Assembly (NCBI RefSeq): GCF_030684315.1
Contig: NC_081355.1
Coordinates: 129,947,178-130,011,177, forward strand
Length of the DNA stretch: 64,000 nt
Direction of reading: 5' to 3'
Source of the DNA: Stegostoma tigrinum
Taxonomy: Eukaryota
Program-made: the position numbers and the translations under genes
Notes under the pieces: model-generated
Told to the model about the DNA's origin: nothing
The model's database searches: none
What the model saw: the letters and a program-made list of their open reading frames with translations, nothing else
Shown: positions 51,811-64,000 of the stretch, one piece after another
Layout: each line of letters begins with the position of its first letter
How positions within the stretch are numbered: the stretch's first letter is position 1

Positions 51811-51844
51811 AAGCTGACGTTTCGGGCCTAGACCCTTCATCAGC
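51811..51844 (-). ncRNA. Minimal hammerhead ribozyme motif in inverted PLE arm
   Basis: CTGATGA-A-GGGTCTAGGCCC-GAAA-CGTC on minus; the partner copy at 54892-54921 has GAAA changed to AAAA. Confidence 0.55.
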
Positions 51845-52889
51845 GAGGGGGATGGGGTGAGGGTTCTGGAATAAATAGGGAGAGAGAGGGAGGCGGACCT
51901 AAGATGGAGAGAAAAGAAGATAGTTGGAGAGGAGAGTATAGGTGGGGAGGTAGGGAGGGGATAGGTCAGTCCAGGCAAGGCGGACAGGTCAAGGAGGTGG
52001 GATGAGCTTAGTAGGTAGGAGATGGAGGTGCGGCTTGGGGTGGCAGGAAGGGATGGGTGAGAGGAAGAACAGGTTAGGGAGGCAGAGACAGGTTGGACGG
52101 GTTTTGGGATGTGGTGGGGGGAGGGGAGATTATGAAGCTTGTGAAGTCCACATTGATACCATTGGGCTGCAGGGTTCCCAAGCGGAATATGAGTTGCTGT
52201 TCCTGCAACCTTCGGGTGGCATCATTGTGGCACTGCAGGAGGCCCATGATGGACATGTCATCTAAAGAATGGGAGGGGGAGTTGAAATGGTTCGCGACTG
52301 GGAGGTGCAGTTGTTTGTTGCGAACCGAGCAGAGGTGTTCTGCAAAGCGGTCCCCAAGCCTCCGCTTGGATTTCCCAATGTAGAGGAAGCCACACCGGGT
52401 GCAATGGATACAGTATACCACATAGGCAGATGTGCAGGTGAACCTCTGCTTAATATGGAAAGTCATCTTGGGGCCTGGGATAGGAGTGAGGGAGGTGGTG
52501 TGGGGGCAAGTGTAGCATTTCCTGCGGTTGCAGGGGAAGGTGCCGGGTGTGGTGGGGTTGGAGGGCAGTGTGGATCGAACAAGGGAGTCACGGAGAGAGT
52601 GGTCTCGCCGGAAAGCAGACAAGAGTGGGGATGGAAAAATGTCTTGGGTGGTGGGGTCGGATTGTAGATGGCGGAAGTGTCGGAGGATGATGCGTTGTAT
52701 CCGGGAGGTTGGTGGGGTGGTGTGTGAGAATGCGGGGAATCCACTTTGGGCGGATGTGGCGGGGGCGGGGTGTGACGGATGTGTTGCCGGAAATGCGGGA
52801 GACGCGGTCAAGGGCGTTCTTGACCACTGTGGGGGGAAGTTGCGGTCCTTGAAGAACTTGGACATCTGGGATGTGCGGCAGTGGAATGC

Positions 52890-54769
52890 CTCCGACACCA
52901 CCTCCTACCGCCCCCTTGATCATGACCCCACCCCCGAGAACCAAACCATCATCTCCAACGCCATGACCTCATTACCTCAGGTGACCTCCCACCCACAGCC
53001 TCCAACCTTATTATTCCCCAACCCCGCACGGCCCATTTCTACCTCCTTCCCAAAATCCACAAACCTGCCTACCCTGGTCGACCCATTGTCTCAGCCTGTT
53101 CCTGCCCCACCGAACTCATCTCCACCTATCTGGACTCCATTTTCTCCCCTTTGGTCCAGGAACTCCCTACCTACGTCCGTGACACCACCCAGCCTCTCCA
53201 CCTCCTCCAGAACTTCCAATTCCCTGGCCCCCAACACCTCATTTTCACCATGGACATCCAGTCCCTATACACCTGTATTCCACATGAAGATGGCCTCAAG
53301 GCCCTCCGCTTCTTCTTGTCCCGCAGGCCCGACCAGTCCCCCTCCACCGACACCCTCATCCGCCTAGCTGAACTCATGCTCACCCTCACCAACTTCTCTT
53401 TCGATTCCTCCCACTTTCTACAGACAAAGGGGGTGGCCATGGGCACCCGCATGGGCCCCAGCTATGCCTGCGTCTTTGTAGGTTACGTGGAACAGTCCCT
53501 TTTCCGCACCTACACAGGCCCCAAACCCCACCTCTTCCTCCGGTACATTGATGACTGTATTGGCGCCGCCTCTTGCTCCCCAGAGGAGCTCGAACAGTTC
53601 ATCCACTTCACCAACACCTTCCACCCAACCTCAAGTTCACCTGGGCCAACTACAACACATCCCACACCTTCCTGGACCTCTCAGTCTCCATCTCAGGCAA
53701 CCAGCTTGTAACTGATGTCCATTTCAAGCCCACCGACTCCAACTGCTACCTAGAATACACCTCCTCCCACCCACCCTCCTGCAAAAATTCCATCCCCTAT
53801 TCCCAATTCCTTCGCCTCTGCCGCATCTGCTCCCACGATGAGGCATTCCACTCCTGCACATCCCAGATGACCAAGTTCTTCAAGGACTGCAACTTTCCCC
53901 ACACAGTGGTTGAGAACGCCCTTGACCGCGTCTCCCACATTTCCCGCAACACATCCCTCAGACCTCGCCCCCGCCACAACCGCCCAAAGAGGATCCCCCT
54001 CGTTCTCACACACCACCCCACCAACCTCCGGATACAACGCATCATCCTCCGACACTTCCGCCATCTACAATCCGACCCCACCACCCAAGACATTTTTCCA
54101 TCTCCACCCTTGTCTGCTTTCCGGAGAGACCACTCTCTCCGTGACTCCCTTGTTCGCTCCACACTGCCCTCCAACCCCACCACACCCGGCACCTTCCCCT
54201 GCAACCGCAGGAAATGCTACACTTGCCCCCACACCTCCTCCCTCACTCCTATCCCAAGCCCCAAGATGACTTTCCATATCAAACAGATGTTCACCTGCAC
54301 ATCTGCCAATGTGGTATATTGTATCCATTGCACCCGGTGTGGCTTCCTCTACATTGGGGAAACCAAGCGTAGGCTTGGGGACCGCTTTGCAGAACACCTC
54401 CGCTTGGTTCGCAGCAAACAACTGCACCTCCCAGTCGTGAACCATTTCAACTCCCCCTCCCATTCCTCAGACGACATGTCCATCATGGGCCTCCTGCAGT
54501 GCCACAATGATGCCACCCGAAGGTTGCAGGAACAGCAACTCATATTCCGCTTGGGAACCCTGCAGCCCAATGGTATCAATGTGGACTTCACAAGCTTCAA
54601 AATCTCCCCTCCCCCCCCCCACCGCATCCCAAAACCAGCCCAGCCTGTCTCTGCCTCCCTAACCTGTTCTTCCTCTCACCCATCCCTTCCTCCCACCCCA
54701 AGCCGCACCTCCATTTCCTACCTACCACCTCATCCCGCCTCCTTGACCTGTCCACCTTCCCTGGACTGA
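52890..54769 (+). pseudogene. PLE RT-GIY-YIG polyprotein, 5'-truncated and frameshifted
   Basis: MDIQSLYT, GVAMGTRMGPSYA, LRYIDD (53151-53711); frameshift near 53625 into PNLKFT...YSQFLRL...VVYCIHCTRCGFLYIGET (53573-54769). Confidence 0.92.
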
Positions 54770-55579
54770 CCTATCCCCTCCCTATCTCCCCACCTATACT
54801 CTCCTCTCCACCTATCTTCTTTTCTCTCCATCTTCGGTCCACCTCCCCCTCTCTCCCTATTTATTCCAGAACCCTCACCCCATCCCCCTCTCTGATGAAG
54901 GGTCTAGGCCCAAAACGTCAGCTTTTGTGCTCCTGAGATGCTGCTTGGCCTGCTGTGTTCATCCAGCTTCACACTTTATTATCTTGGAGTTCCCATTGTG
55001 CCCTGATTAATCATGCTCCTTCAAGCAACACTAAAAGAAGACTAAATGGCCATTCATTTCATTGTTGAATGCGACACCTTCTGGCTGTCATATTTGCCTT
55101 CACATATCAGTACATTTCAAGTTTATTTGTTCTTTGTGAAGCACTTTAAGTTGTTTAAAGATATGATGAAGTGCTTTGTAACTACAAGTATCTGTGCAGA
55201 GTGAGAAAGATCAAGTAAGGATTAGATTCAGTTGTCAACAGACACTGGTAATGCAAAGTTTTGCCTCACCCATTGTGGATGGCTACTTGCTAAAAGAAAT
55301 GTCATGCCGATAAATGTTAATACAGAAAAGGGTTATGATCTGTTTCCCACACGGTTACTGATCAATACTAATAGCTGCTTCTCAGCTCCTTAGCATCACA
55401 CTTTGTTAATAATCAGGCAGTAGCTAGCAATTCAACTAATCAGAGTCCATGGGGAAAGGAGTCTTAGAAATACATACGTTGATCACACAACATCAATTGT
55501 ACAAGCCACTAGAGCTCAGGAGCAGTCTAGATTGTAAATAGACCCACTTACCATTGCTACTTAATTTTTAAACTAGCAT

Positions 55580-56955
55580 CAGTCAATTGTACTGAGTGAA
55601 GTACCTATAGTACAGAAAAAGTCCTTTTGGCCCACTGTGTCCGAAGCTATCAATAACAACCACTTAACTATTCTAAACCCCTTTCCAACACTTGGTCTAT
55701 AGCATTGTATGCTGTGGCATCGCAAGTGCTCATTTAAGTATGTAAATGTGCAGAGGGTTTCTTCTGCCGCTATGACCCTTATAGGCAATGAGTTCCAATT
55801 CCCACCAACCTCTGGGTGAAAGAGATTTTCCTAACATCTCCCTCAAACCTTCTGCCTTTTATCTTAAATTTATGCCCCTGCTCATTGATTCCCTCAATCA
55901 GGGGGAGTAGTTTCTCACTGTCTACCCTTAGCCCCTCATAGTTTTATACATTGAATATCAGAGTTGAGAGGTCATGTTGTGGCTGGACAGGACACTAACT
56001 AAGCCACTTTTGGAATACTGCGTTCAATTCTTGTCTCCCTGCTTTAGGGAGGATGTTGTGAAACTTGAAAGGGCTCAGAAATATTGACGAGGATGTTGCC
56101 AGAGTAGGAGGATTTCAGCTATAGGGAAGAGCTGAACAGGTTGAGACTATTTTTCCTGGAGTTTTTCTTCTTTATTCTTTGATGGTATCTATTGCCCATC
56201 CCTAATTGTCCAAAAGGCAGTTATGAGTCAACCACTCTGCCGTGGATCTGGAGTCATATGTAGGCCAGATCAAGTAGGGATGGCACATTTCCTTCGTCAA
56301 AAGGACATTACTGAACCCGATGGGATCTTCTGACAGTCATCATTAGATTCTTAATTCCAGACATTTATTTAATTCAAATTCCACCATCCATCTGGGTCTC
56401 TAGATTAACAGTACAGTGACAATACCACTAGGCCATCACCTCCTTCTGTCAAAAGCTGAGGAGTGACCTTATCGAGCTTTATAAAATGATGAAGGGCATG
56501 GATAAGGTAAACAGGCAAGGTCTTTTCCCTGGGGTAAGTGAGTCCAAAACTAAAGGACATAGGTTTAAGGTGAGAGAGGAAAGATTTAAGAGAGACCTAA
56601 GGAGCAACTTTTCCACACAGAGGGTGGCGTGTATACGTGATGAGCTGCCAGTGGTGGAGGAGGAGTCTGGTGTGATTGCAACATTTAAAAGGCATCTGGA
56701 CGTGCATATGCATAGGAAGAGCTTGAGAGAGATAGGAGCCAAATGCTGGCAAATGGGACTGGATTTATACAGGATATCTGACCTGCATGGAAGAGTTGAA
56801 CCAAAGGGTCTGTTTCCATGCTGCATACCTCCATGACTCTATGACTATGACCTTTCTTATTTTCCTCCGGCACAGGGAAAACAACCTCAGTCTGTCCAAT
56901 CTCTCCTCAAACTCTCCAGCCTAAGCAACAGCCTGGTAAATTCTCTCTATACACT
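55580..56955. mobile_element. Nested LINEs: minus CR1 host, plus CR1 (55958-56848), and a minus LINE 3' end (56160-56445)
   Basis: KGHRFKVREERFKRDLRSNFSTQRV and (CTATGA)n tail at 56830-56848; the host minus CR1 resumes after 56850. Confidence 0.75.
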
Positions 56956-57439
56956 AAACAGGACCTCTTCCCATATAAAATCAATAGAAGGATTATCAAA
57001 ATTGTGTAAAAACAAAATGTATTGCCAAAATAGAGATCACTTACACAATATCATACTATTAGTAGCCTTTAATTGATGTGGCGCAAGTAGGAAATACAGC
57101 ATTAGCATTGTTTGAAGCACACAGAACTGAAGATCAGCATGATCATAATGAGAAGCATGACTGAATTATGTTACACACCTCACTGTAGTGATTATTGCCC
57201 AGCTACTGGAATTCCTAACTGAAAATCCTCCAACACTCCAACTTCCTTGTCATCAAGGTGGATGGTGGGATCACACTCACCTGGTTCTATTCTTATCTTA
57301 CCAAGAGTAACCAGAGAAATGATCTGCAATAGCTTCTCTTCCATTTCCACACCAATGCCTCTGGTCATGTAGGATTGATCTTTAGCCCGGTCTTAATTCT
57401 GATCAACACGTCAACTTCATCCAAGAACATATCAGATTC

Positions 57440-58285
57440 TAAATGTAAATTACCTCTACAATAATTCCTCAAATCCCTCCACTGCCTCCAAATTGTCAGA
57501 TTTCTGTTGACAACTAAAATACTGGAGAAACACAAATTTCTTCCAACACATACGGAGATGACCAGAGCCAGACTACCTAATCCCTTGCTGCAAATTCTGC
57601 CACTGACTCCATCTCTCCTTATCAACACATGCCTTTAGCTATACTGGTATTGGACTTGATCCCGAGATGGCTTTCTGTTCATAGATCACAGATTACCAAC
57701 TTTCATCTGTGTAATGTCATTCCAGGAACCCTTCATCAGCTCATCTACTGCTGAAACCCTCATCCATACCTTTATTAATGACAGACTGAAGTATTGCACT
57801 TCATTTCTGGTCAGAGTCCCACTCTCCCACCTCCTTAAAATCGAAAGCCCCCAAAACTCTGCTGCCTGAAGCCCAACTTGGACGAAATCACATTCAACAC
57901 TCTGTTCACTCACTGGCCCTGGTTCAGTAAAGCACTGATTTTAAAATGCTCATTCTAGTTTTCAAATTGTCTCATGGACTAATCCCTCACTACCTTCTTT
58001 TAATTTGTTCTTAGACCTCAGTCATTTTAAACATTCATCACAGATGGTTATGCATTCTGGTACTTGGGCCCAAGTTCTGAAATGCCTTCAGTGAATTTCT
58101 TTTTTCCCTGTTTTTCTCTTTCAAGGCACTCCTAAACTAACTTTTTTGACTGAGCTTTCAGTCATCTATCCCAATATCCTGTTATATGGCTCAGGTTAAA
58201 CTTGGTTTCAATCTGTCCTCAAGAGGATTGTCTCCAGAAACGTTACAACATTGAAGCTGCTATTTAAATGCAAGTTCCTGTTGCT
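57440..58285 (+). mobile_element. L2 LINE 3' part, old
   Basis: GCTGAAACCCTCATCCATACCTTT, CAAAACTCTGCTGCC, CACTGG..CCTGG, ending GCTATTTAAATGCAAGTT..TGTTG. Confidence 0.7.
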
Positions 58286-58299
58286 CATCTTAAAATATA

Positions 58300-58575
58300 A
58301 AATAATGGACCACAAATAGATCATTCAGCTCATTGAGTTTGCTCTGCTAATCATTTCGATCATGCCTGATCTGAACATCAACTTCACTTTCTTGCCTATT
58401 CCCCAGAATCCTCAATTCCCTTACTGATTAAAATCTACCAATTTCAGCTTTGAATCTATTTAATGACCCAGCTTCAACAGCTCTTTGTGGTACAGAATTC
58501 CACAAATTCACAGCCCACAGAAGAAATTCCTCCTTATTTGCTTTGAAAGTGGCACCTCATATTCAAAGATTACGA
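58300..58575 (-). mobile_element. Old CR1 3' fragment
   Basis: GATCATGCCTGATCTG; AGAATTCCACAAATTCAC; AGAAGAAATTCCTCCT. Confidence 0.6.
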
Positions 58576-59904
58576 ACTGCCTGAAGTTTTCACTGTTCAA
58601 AATCAACTCTTCACTTGATAACCAAAAGAATAAAATGTAATTGTTGTACTATACATTCCAATCATTGTGAACTGAAGAGAAAGTAATTTGGCAAATGTTT
58701 CCCATTATGATGGGGGTAGCAGCCATTCTCTAGAACCATCATGGTAACATCACATGCAAGTCACACTATTTTGTACACATATAATTTATATTTCCTTCAT
58801 AAACATACTATGGCTTGAGTTTGGAATATTGGCAAGGACATATGACAACTTCTCATTCAACACAAAAGGTATATTGTGGAATCTGTCATAGAGATGATAG
58901 CTGTGCCCCCACCTCACATAAAGAAGCCCAGATCATGCAATGGACATTCAGATCCTGCACAGGGAAGTTAGACTCCCTGGGTGCTCAAAGTGATGAACTT
59001 CTTAACCATGACACAATGCTGATTACACTTTGGACTTTCCTGATCTGTGTAGATCAAGACCATCTGGTGTTTTTTTTAAGCCCACTCAATTTGCAAGAAT
59101 TTTGGTTTTGGGTAAACATCAGAGTGGAGTCAGCTCACAGGCAAAATGTTAGCCAACTGATGGTTTTCAAATTAAAACAGGATGAGTTTCTCGGAAGGCA
59201 TCAAAATATGCAATGATTATCTTAATGTTTATTGCAGGCAGTAACTTCGCTCTTATCACTTAAGTCATCAAAATCAGCCAACTGTTGCAGTCTGATGGTT
59301 AACTGCACACAGTAGTCTTGGAAAGAAACAATTTCTGCAAGCTATTAGTTACCTCATAACCATCAGTGCAATGTTATGGATTTAAGAATAAATTCCATCA
59401 TCTCTTGCGCAGTGGCACCTTAGCAGAAGATTAAAACCAAAACAAGCAATGTGAAGACGTGCAGGCTCATTCCATTACAGAGCACTGGTGAGGGCGCAAC
59501 ACAAATTAAAGCAAAGTTTGTATTAAAGCTACTACACTGAACTGAATAGGCTATTAAGTTTAATCTGAATAAATTGGGTTTCTGTATTGCAATCCCACAA
59601 ATGACTTCATGTTAAATGCAAAATGAGCACACAAATAACACTACCAAATCTATGGATAGATTAAAAAATAACAATTACTTAAGGTTAGTCATATAGCCAC
59701 GAACAACTAACTCTACTACAGCAATGAAGTCACTATCTCAGGCATATTTTCCTAGTTTGAACAAAATGTTTTCAAAATTAACAAGAACTGAATGAAGTAA
59801 ACATGGCTTTTCCTTAAGTTGTCATGCATGAATAAAAATTACAATCAACTCAGGAAAGACAATGAGGGAAGTTACCCTCCATCATCATAATACAATCTAA
59901 AAAA

Positions 59905-60480
59905 TTCTATCAATTTGAATAGCTTTCACTGTAAGAACAAACGACCATTTTCAAACTTCAGGATGTCAAAAGCTTCTCCAAAGCAGACAAATTTTTCAAG
60001 GCAGTCACTGCTATAGAGGCTAGGAAGTGAAGTATCTAATCAGTACAAAACAAAGCCTCACAAACTGATACAAGATTAAATTGGACATTTGGCCAGTTTG
60101 TGTGTTGGTGGACAGAGAAATATTGGTCATTCCACGTGGAGAACATTTTTGCTCTTATTCATAGAGTGCAATGGACTCTTTTCAAGAACAATACTTTAAT
60201 TTATACAATACTTTGCATAACCTCAGGAGAAACTTCAAAACTATTTAGGTTCTTGAGAAAAACACTGTAATATTATGGGAAATGTAATCACCTAATTGCT
60301 CTCACCAAGCTGCGCAAACGGTATGATACAGATTGTCCAGTTTAGGCATGTTGATCAAACCCTATTAATATTTCAACGAAGACATCAAGTCATACTCTTT
60401 GACGAAGGCACTACATTGACACATCCACCCGAGAACACACATCTGGCCTTGGTTTAACACCTCATCCAGAAGATATCCAT
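59905..60480 (-). mobile_element. Two degraded Deu-domain SINE copies in tandem
   Basis: Reverse Deu core and tail motifs repeated (CAGGATGTCAAAAGC; CATCCACCCGAGA...GGTTTAACACCTCATCC). Confidence 0.45.
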
Positions 60481-60484
60481 CTAA

Positions 60485-60725
60485 GATGTGCAAGGCAATT
60501 TTATTTAAAACACAGAGGGTGGAAGGTGCCTGCAATGTGTTGCCAAGGGAGGTGATAGAAGCAGAGACTACAGCAATGGTTAAGGGGCATTTAGACAGAC
60601 AGATAAACGAGCAGGGAATAGAGGGATATGGACCATGTGCAGACAGGCTTGATTAATTAAAAAAGCATTGTGGTTGGCATAGATATGGTGGACAGAATGG
60701 CCTGTTTTTGTGCTTTCCCTGCTAT
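60485..60725 (+). mobile_element. CR1 3' fragment
   Basis: CACAGAGGGTGGAAGGTGCCTG...GGCATTTAGACAG...GAATGGCCTGTTT. Confidence 0.7.
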
Positions 60726-60984
60726 AATTTTAGACCTTGTAACAAATAAGATGACAATGCAATCTTAGGATTAACTGAACTTTGCTTTCTTTCCTTGTTC
60801 TTTCAGGTGAATGTATTACAGGGTTGGTTGATCCATCACCCTTTACATCATCCATTATTTTGGATATGGCAGCTTTTTTTAAATAAGCTGGAAACCTTCC
60901 TGTCACTAACCCTCCCATTTCTACAGGTTCGTGACCAGGACTGGCACAAACCATCCATGTGCACGAGTCTAACAGCAAATTATT

Positions 60985-61130
60985 GCCAATGCTGGAATCT
61001 GTGCAGAAACAACAAATGCTGGAGGTCACAGCTCTGATGAGGAGTTATTGAGATGCACAACGTCCGCTTTCTCTCTCTCCACGGATGCTATCTGACCCGC
61101 TGTCATCTCCAGCACTTTTTGTTTTTATGT
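60985..61130. mobile_element. PLE mini-element remnants with decayed hammerhead
   Basis: ctCTGATGAGGAGTTATTGAGATGCACAACGTC followed by ACGGATGCT...CTCCAGCACTTTTTG; a short minus-strand arm precedes it. Confidence 0.5.
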
Positions 61131-62659
61131 GCACTAATGGCTGGTTTCCCAGGACTAACTCAATTTACGAGTAAAATACATTTCCTTTTTCTCATCATCA
61201 TCTGTTACTTACCATGTTAAGAGACTATATCCCTCCTTCTAAAACCCACACATTACATGTAAAAAAACATTGAATCTTTCATTTAAAAGGACAACCTCAT
61301 AAGTATCAAACAGGAGGTCAATGCTGAGAAATGCTTTCTTTCTGTATTTCTTATTACTATGATCCAACTATCCCAATTCAGGTTTCTTTTGTAGTCTATG
61401 GCATTTCATGTGTCCTTTAGACTAATTTAACATTTGAATTGCAAAATTAACCCAAGGGATTCATTTTCAAATAGGTAAAAAAAATAAAAATCATTTGTCA
61501 AATTTTACATATTCAACAATTCTGACACATATTCTGACATTTCAGATACCCAAAAGATTTTCCAAGGAAGCATTTGACGAAATGGAGAATTAAGCCTGTA
61601 AGAAAAGAACTAGATAGGTAGGTGCAGGTTTGACCCTCAGTCTTCGCTGAGTTATCTAATGTCACTTCTTTTGTAGTGGGGTTCTTTTAATTTGGATTTT
61701 TGCTGCAAACATTTAAGTGGACCCTTTTGGTTCCTTTATCCGAGTCGCTCTGCACTGCCATGTGATGATTAGCTTATTCACATCAAAGGTTAAGTACTCT
61801 GAGCATTTAAACTCTCAGAATCTTTATGTTAGATTAGTAAGTGTTAGCAAGATCATAAGTGCTGTTAAATCAAATTGACAGGCCAATACAGACCAATGCT
61901 GCATTGTCCTCCTGCAGAGAGACCAGCTACATAGGAAACCACCTCTTCATTCTGCACCACCAGAATGTTTATCTGCAACATTATCCCACAACAGGGTTCA
62001 TGTCATGTTTTGATCAATTAAAAAAAAAACCACCTATGATGCCACCTTAACTGTACTAAAATGCACATTTCAAAGATCAAATTATGATGACAGATTATAC
62101 AAATTAGGCTTACTTTCGCCGGAATTTCGAAGGTTATGGGTAATCTCATCGAAGACTTCAGCCAGTTCAATTCTATGTGATGTTAAGAAATGGCTGCGAG
62201 AACTGGGTGCTGCAAAGTCTATGGGCCTTGACATTCTGGCAATAGGGAGGAGGATCTGTGCTCCATAACATGCCGTACCCCTAGTGAAGCATTTCCAGGA
62301 CACCTACATCACTGGCATCTGCCAACGTAGAAAAATATCTCAATATGTCCTGTACACAAAAAGCAGAACACTCCAACCTAACCAATTATTATCCCATCAG
62401 TCTATCCTTGATCGTCAATAAAGTTCTAGGAAGTGACATCAACAGCACTATCAAACAGATTTTGCTCAGTGATGGCCTACTAACTGATACGCTGTGGTTC
62501 TGTTATGGTCACTCAGCTTCTGACCACAGTACAACCTTGGTTCAAACATGTACAAGGAGGTTGAATTCCAGAGGTGAAGTGGCAGCAACTTCCCTAGATA
62601 TCACTGTCACATTAAACCAATTATGACATCAAGAAGCCCCACCTCAACTGAGTCAACAG

Positions 62660-62782
62660 TAGTCAGAACTGCAGATGCCGGAGAATCTGAGGTAAGAAGG
62701 TGTGGAGCTGGATGAACACAGCAGGCCAAGCAGCAGAGGAGCAGGAAAGCTGATGTTTCGGGCCTAGACCTTTCTTCAGAAA
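62660..62782 (-). mobile_element. PLE mini-element
   Basis: Minus CTGAAGA-A-AGGTCTAGGCCC-GAAA-CATC; same unit as 42714-42840. Confidence 0.85.
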
Positions 62783-62867
62783 TGCTCTCCACTGGTTGGA
62801 GTCACACCTGGCACATAGGAAGACTGTTGAGCTTGTTGGAGGTCAGTTTTCTCAGCCCCATGACATT

Positions 62868-63285
62868 GGATTCTATGGATTCTATCACAGAATCCTGCAG
62901 AGTGGAAGCAGGCCATTTAGCCCATCAAGTCCACACCGACCCTCCAAAGAGCATTCCACCCTAATCTGCCCCTGTAGCCCTGCTTTTCTCATGGCTAATC
63001 CACCAAGCCCACACATCGCAGGACACTGTGGTCAATTTAGCATGGCCAAACCACCTAACCTGCACAGCTTTGCACCATGAGAGGAAACCGGAGTACCGGG
63101 AGGAAACCGGAGTACCGGGAGGAAACCGGAGTACCGGGAGGAAACCGGAGTACCGGGAGGAAACCACCACAGTCTTGAAGACAGCTTTCGAATTCTGAAC
63201 AGACAGTCCCCACAGGATGCAATCAAACCCAGGTCCCTGACGCTGTAAGGCAGCAGTGTGAACCACTGAGCCATCGTGTCACCCC
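62868..63285 (-). mobile_element. HE1-like V-SINE
   Basis: CAATTTAGCATGGCCAAACCACCTAACCTGCAC; reverse tRNA head GTGTGAACCACTGAGCCATCGTG. Confidence 0.85.
63081..63165. repeat. 19-bp minisatellite (GAGGAAACCGGAGTACCGG) x4 plus 9 bp
   Basis: Four perfect copies at 63081, 63100, 63119, 63138, inside the SINE. Confidence 0.97.
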
Positions 63286-63295
63286 ATCTAAACTT

Positions 63296-63416
63296 CACCT
63301 GATAAAGGATCAGTGCTTCGAAAGCTTGCGATTTTAAATAAACTTGGACTGTAACCTGGTGTCGTCTAACTTCTGATTTTGTCCTCCCCAGTCCAACAGT
63401 GGCATCTCCATATCAT
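63296..63416 (+). mobile_element. PLE terminal fragment (fourth family) with hammerhead motif
   Basis: cac-CTGATAA-A-GGATCAGTGCTTC-GAAA-GC-TT-gcg. Confidence 0.7.
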
Positions 63417-64000
63417 GCCACCCGAGTACCTTGGAACAAATATCTCCATCAAGAAATAATTCAGCCATCTCCCCTGAACATTCAACAGCACTACCATAAT
63501 TTAATCCACAACTGTCAATATTCTGGATGACCACTGACCAGAAATTCATTGGACTAGCCATATGAATACACTGGTTACAACAGATCAGAGGTTCGGAATC
63601 CCGCAGCAAGTAACTCACCTCCTGACATCCCAAAGCCTATGCACCATCTAAAAGGCAAAAGGCAGAATTAGGATAGAATACACCCTACCTGCCTGGATGA
63701 GAGCAGCTCCAACAGTAAAAGAAGCTTGGGCAAAGCAGCCCGCATGATTGGAACCACATCCAACAGCATCCCCTCTCTCCAGCACAGATGCTGAGATGCA
63801 GCAGCATCCAATGTCTACAAGATGCACTGCAGAAATTCATCAAAGCTCCTCAGACCTTCTACAAGGGCAAAGACAGCAGATACCCACCAGCTGAGAGTTC
63901 TCCTCCAAGCCACTCACCATTCTGACTTGGAAGTACATCACCGTTCTTTCACTGTTGCTGGGTCGAACTCCTGAATGACATTGTGGGTTTATATCCACCA

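Larger units (their letters stand above)
51713..54984 (+). mobile_element. Neptune-type Penelope-like element with ~1.18-kb inverted left arm (51713-52892 on minus)
   Basis: RT, Cys linker CNRRKCYTC and GIY-YIG; TSD TGGAGTTACCACTGT (51698-51712) / TGGAGTTCCCATTGT (54985-54999); inserted in a Deu SINE whose halves flank it. Confidence 0.95.
62120..64000 (+). mobile_element. CR1/L2-clade LINE RT region and 3' part, interrupted by PLE and SINE insertions
   Basis: KKWLRELGAAKSMG.D, CPVHKK, SNLTNYYPISLSLIVNKVL, SLDI RT motifs; 63420-64000 homologous to 1980-2510. Confidence 0.75.

Noticed and set aside
52528-53367. 279-aa ORF, and other long ORFs such as 14058-14639 and 53797-54204, as novel genes
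   Set aside because: Antisense or alternate-frame readings of GC-rich PLE sequence; 52528-53367 crosses the inversion junction.
54892-54921. Active hammerhead at the end of the large PLE
   Set aside because: Core GAAA is mutated to AAAA (CpG decay); predicted inactive.
58815-59216. 133-aa plus ORF
   Set aside because: Non-ATG start, no domain motif, no splice support.
63081-63165. CRISPR-like repeat array
   Set aside because: Contiguous tandem units with no spacers, inside a eukaryotic SINE.

Overview
Repeat-dense, CpG-depleted vertebrate DNA whose repeat families (CR1 LINEs with (CTATGA)n tails, HE1-like V-SINEs, Deu-domain SacSINE1-like SINEs, Penelope-like elements) point to a cartilaginous fish, probably a shark. 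I recognise no host protein-coding exon. The window looks intronic or intergenic, with a few unproven minus-strand exon candidates. Every recognisable ORF is transposon-derived: two Neptune-type Penelope-like elements (PLEs; RT + GIY-YIG) built as head-to-head inverted arms, CR1/L2/RTE LINE fragments, and a decayed hAT transposase. The most notable signal is a dispersed set of about 17 PLE-derived minimal hammerhead-ribozyme motifs (CTGANGA-N-stem-GAAA-palindromic stem III) from several families. Many sit in 95-200 bp mini-insertions with 13-17 bp target-site duplications (TSDs), some as inverted dimers. Also seen: two twin-priming-type 5' inversions in non-L1 LINEs and an unexplained ~340 bp fold-back with an internal micro-inversion. 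Boundaries of old repeats were read by eye and are approximate.
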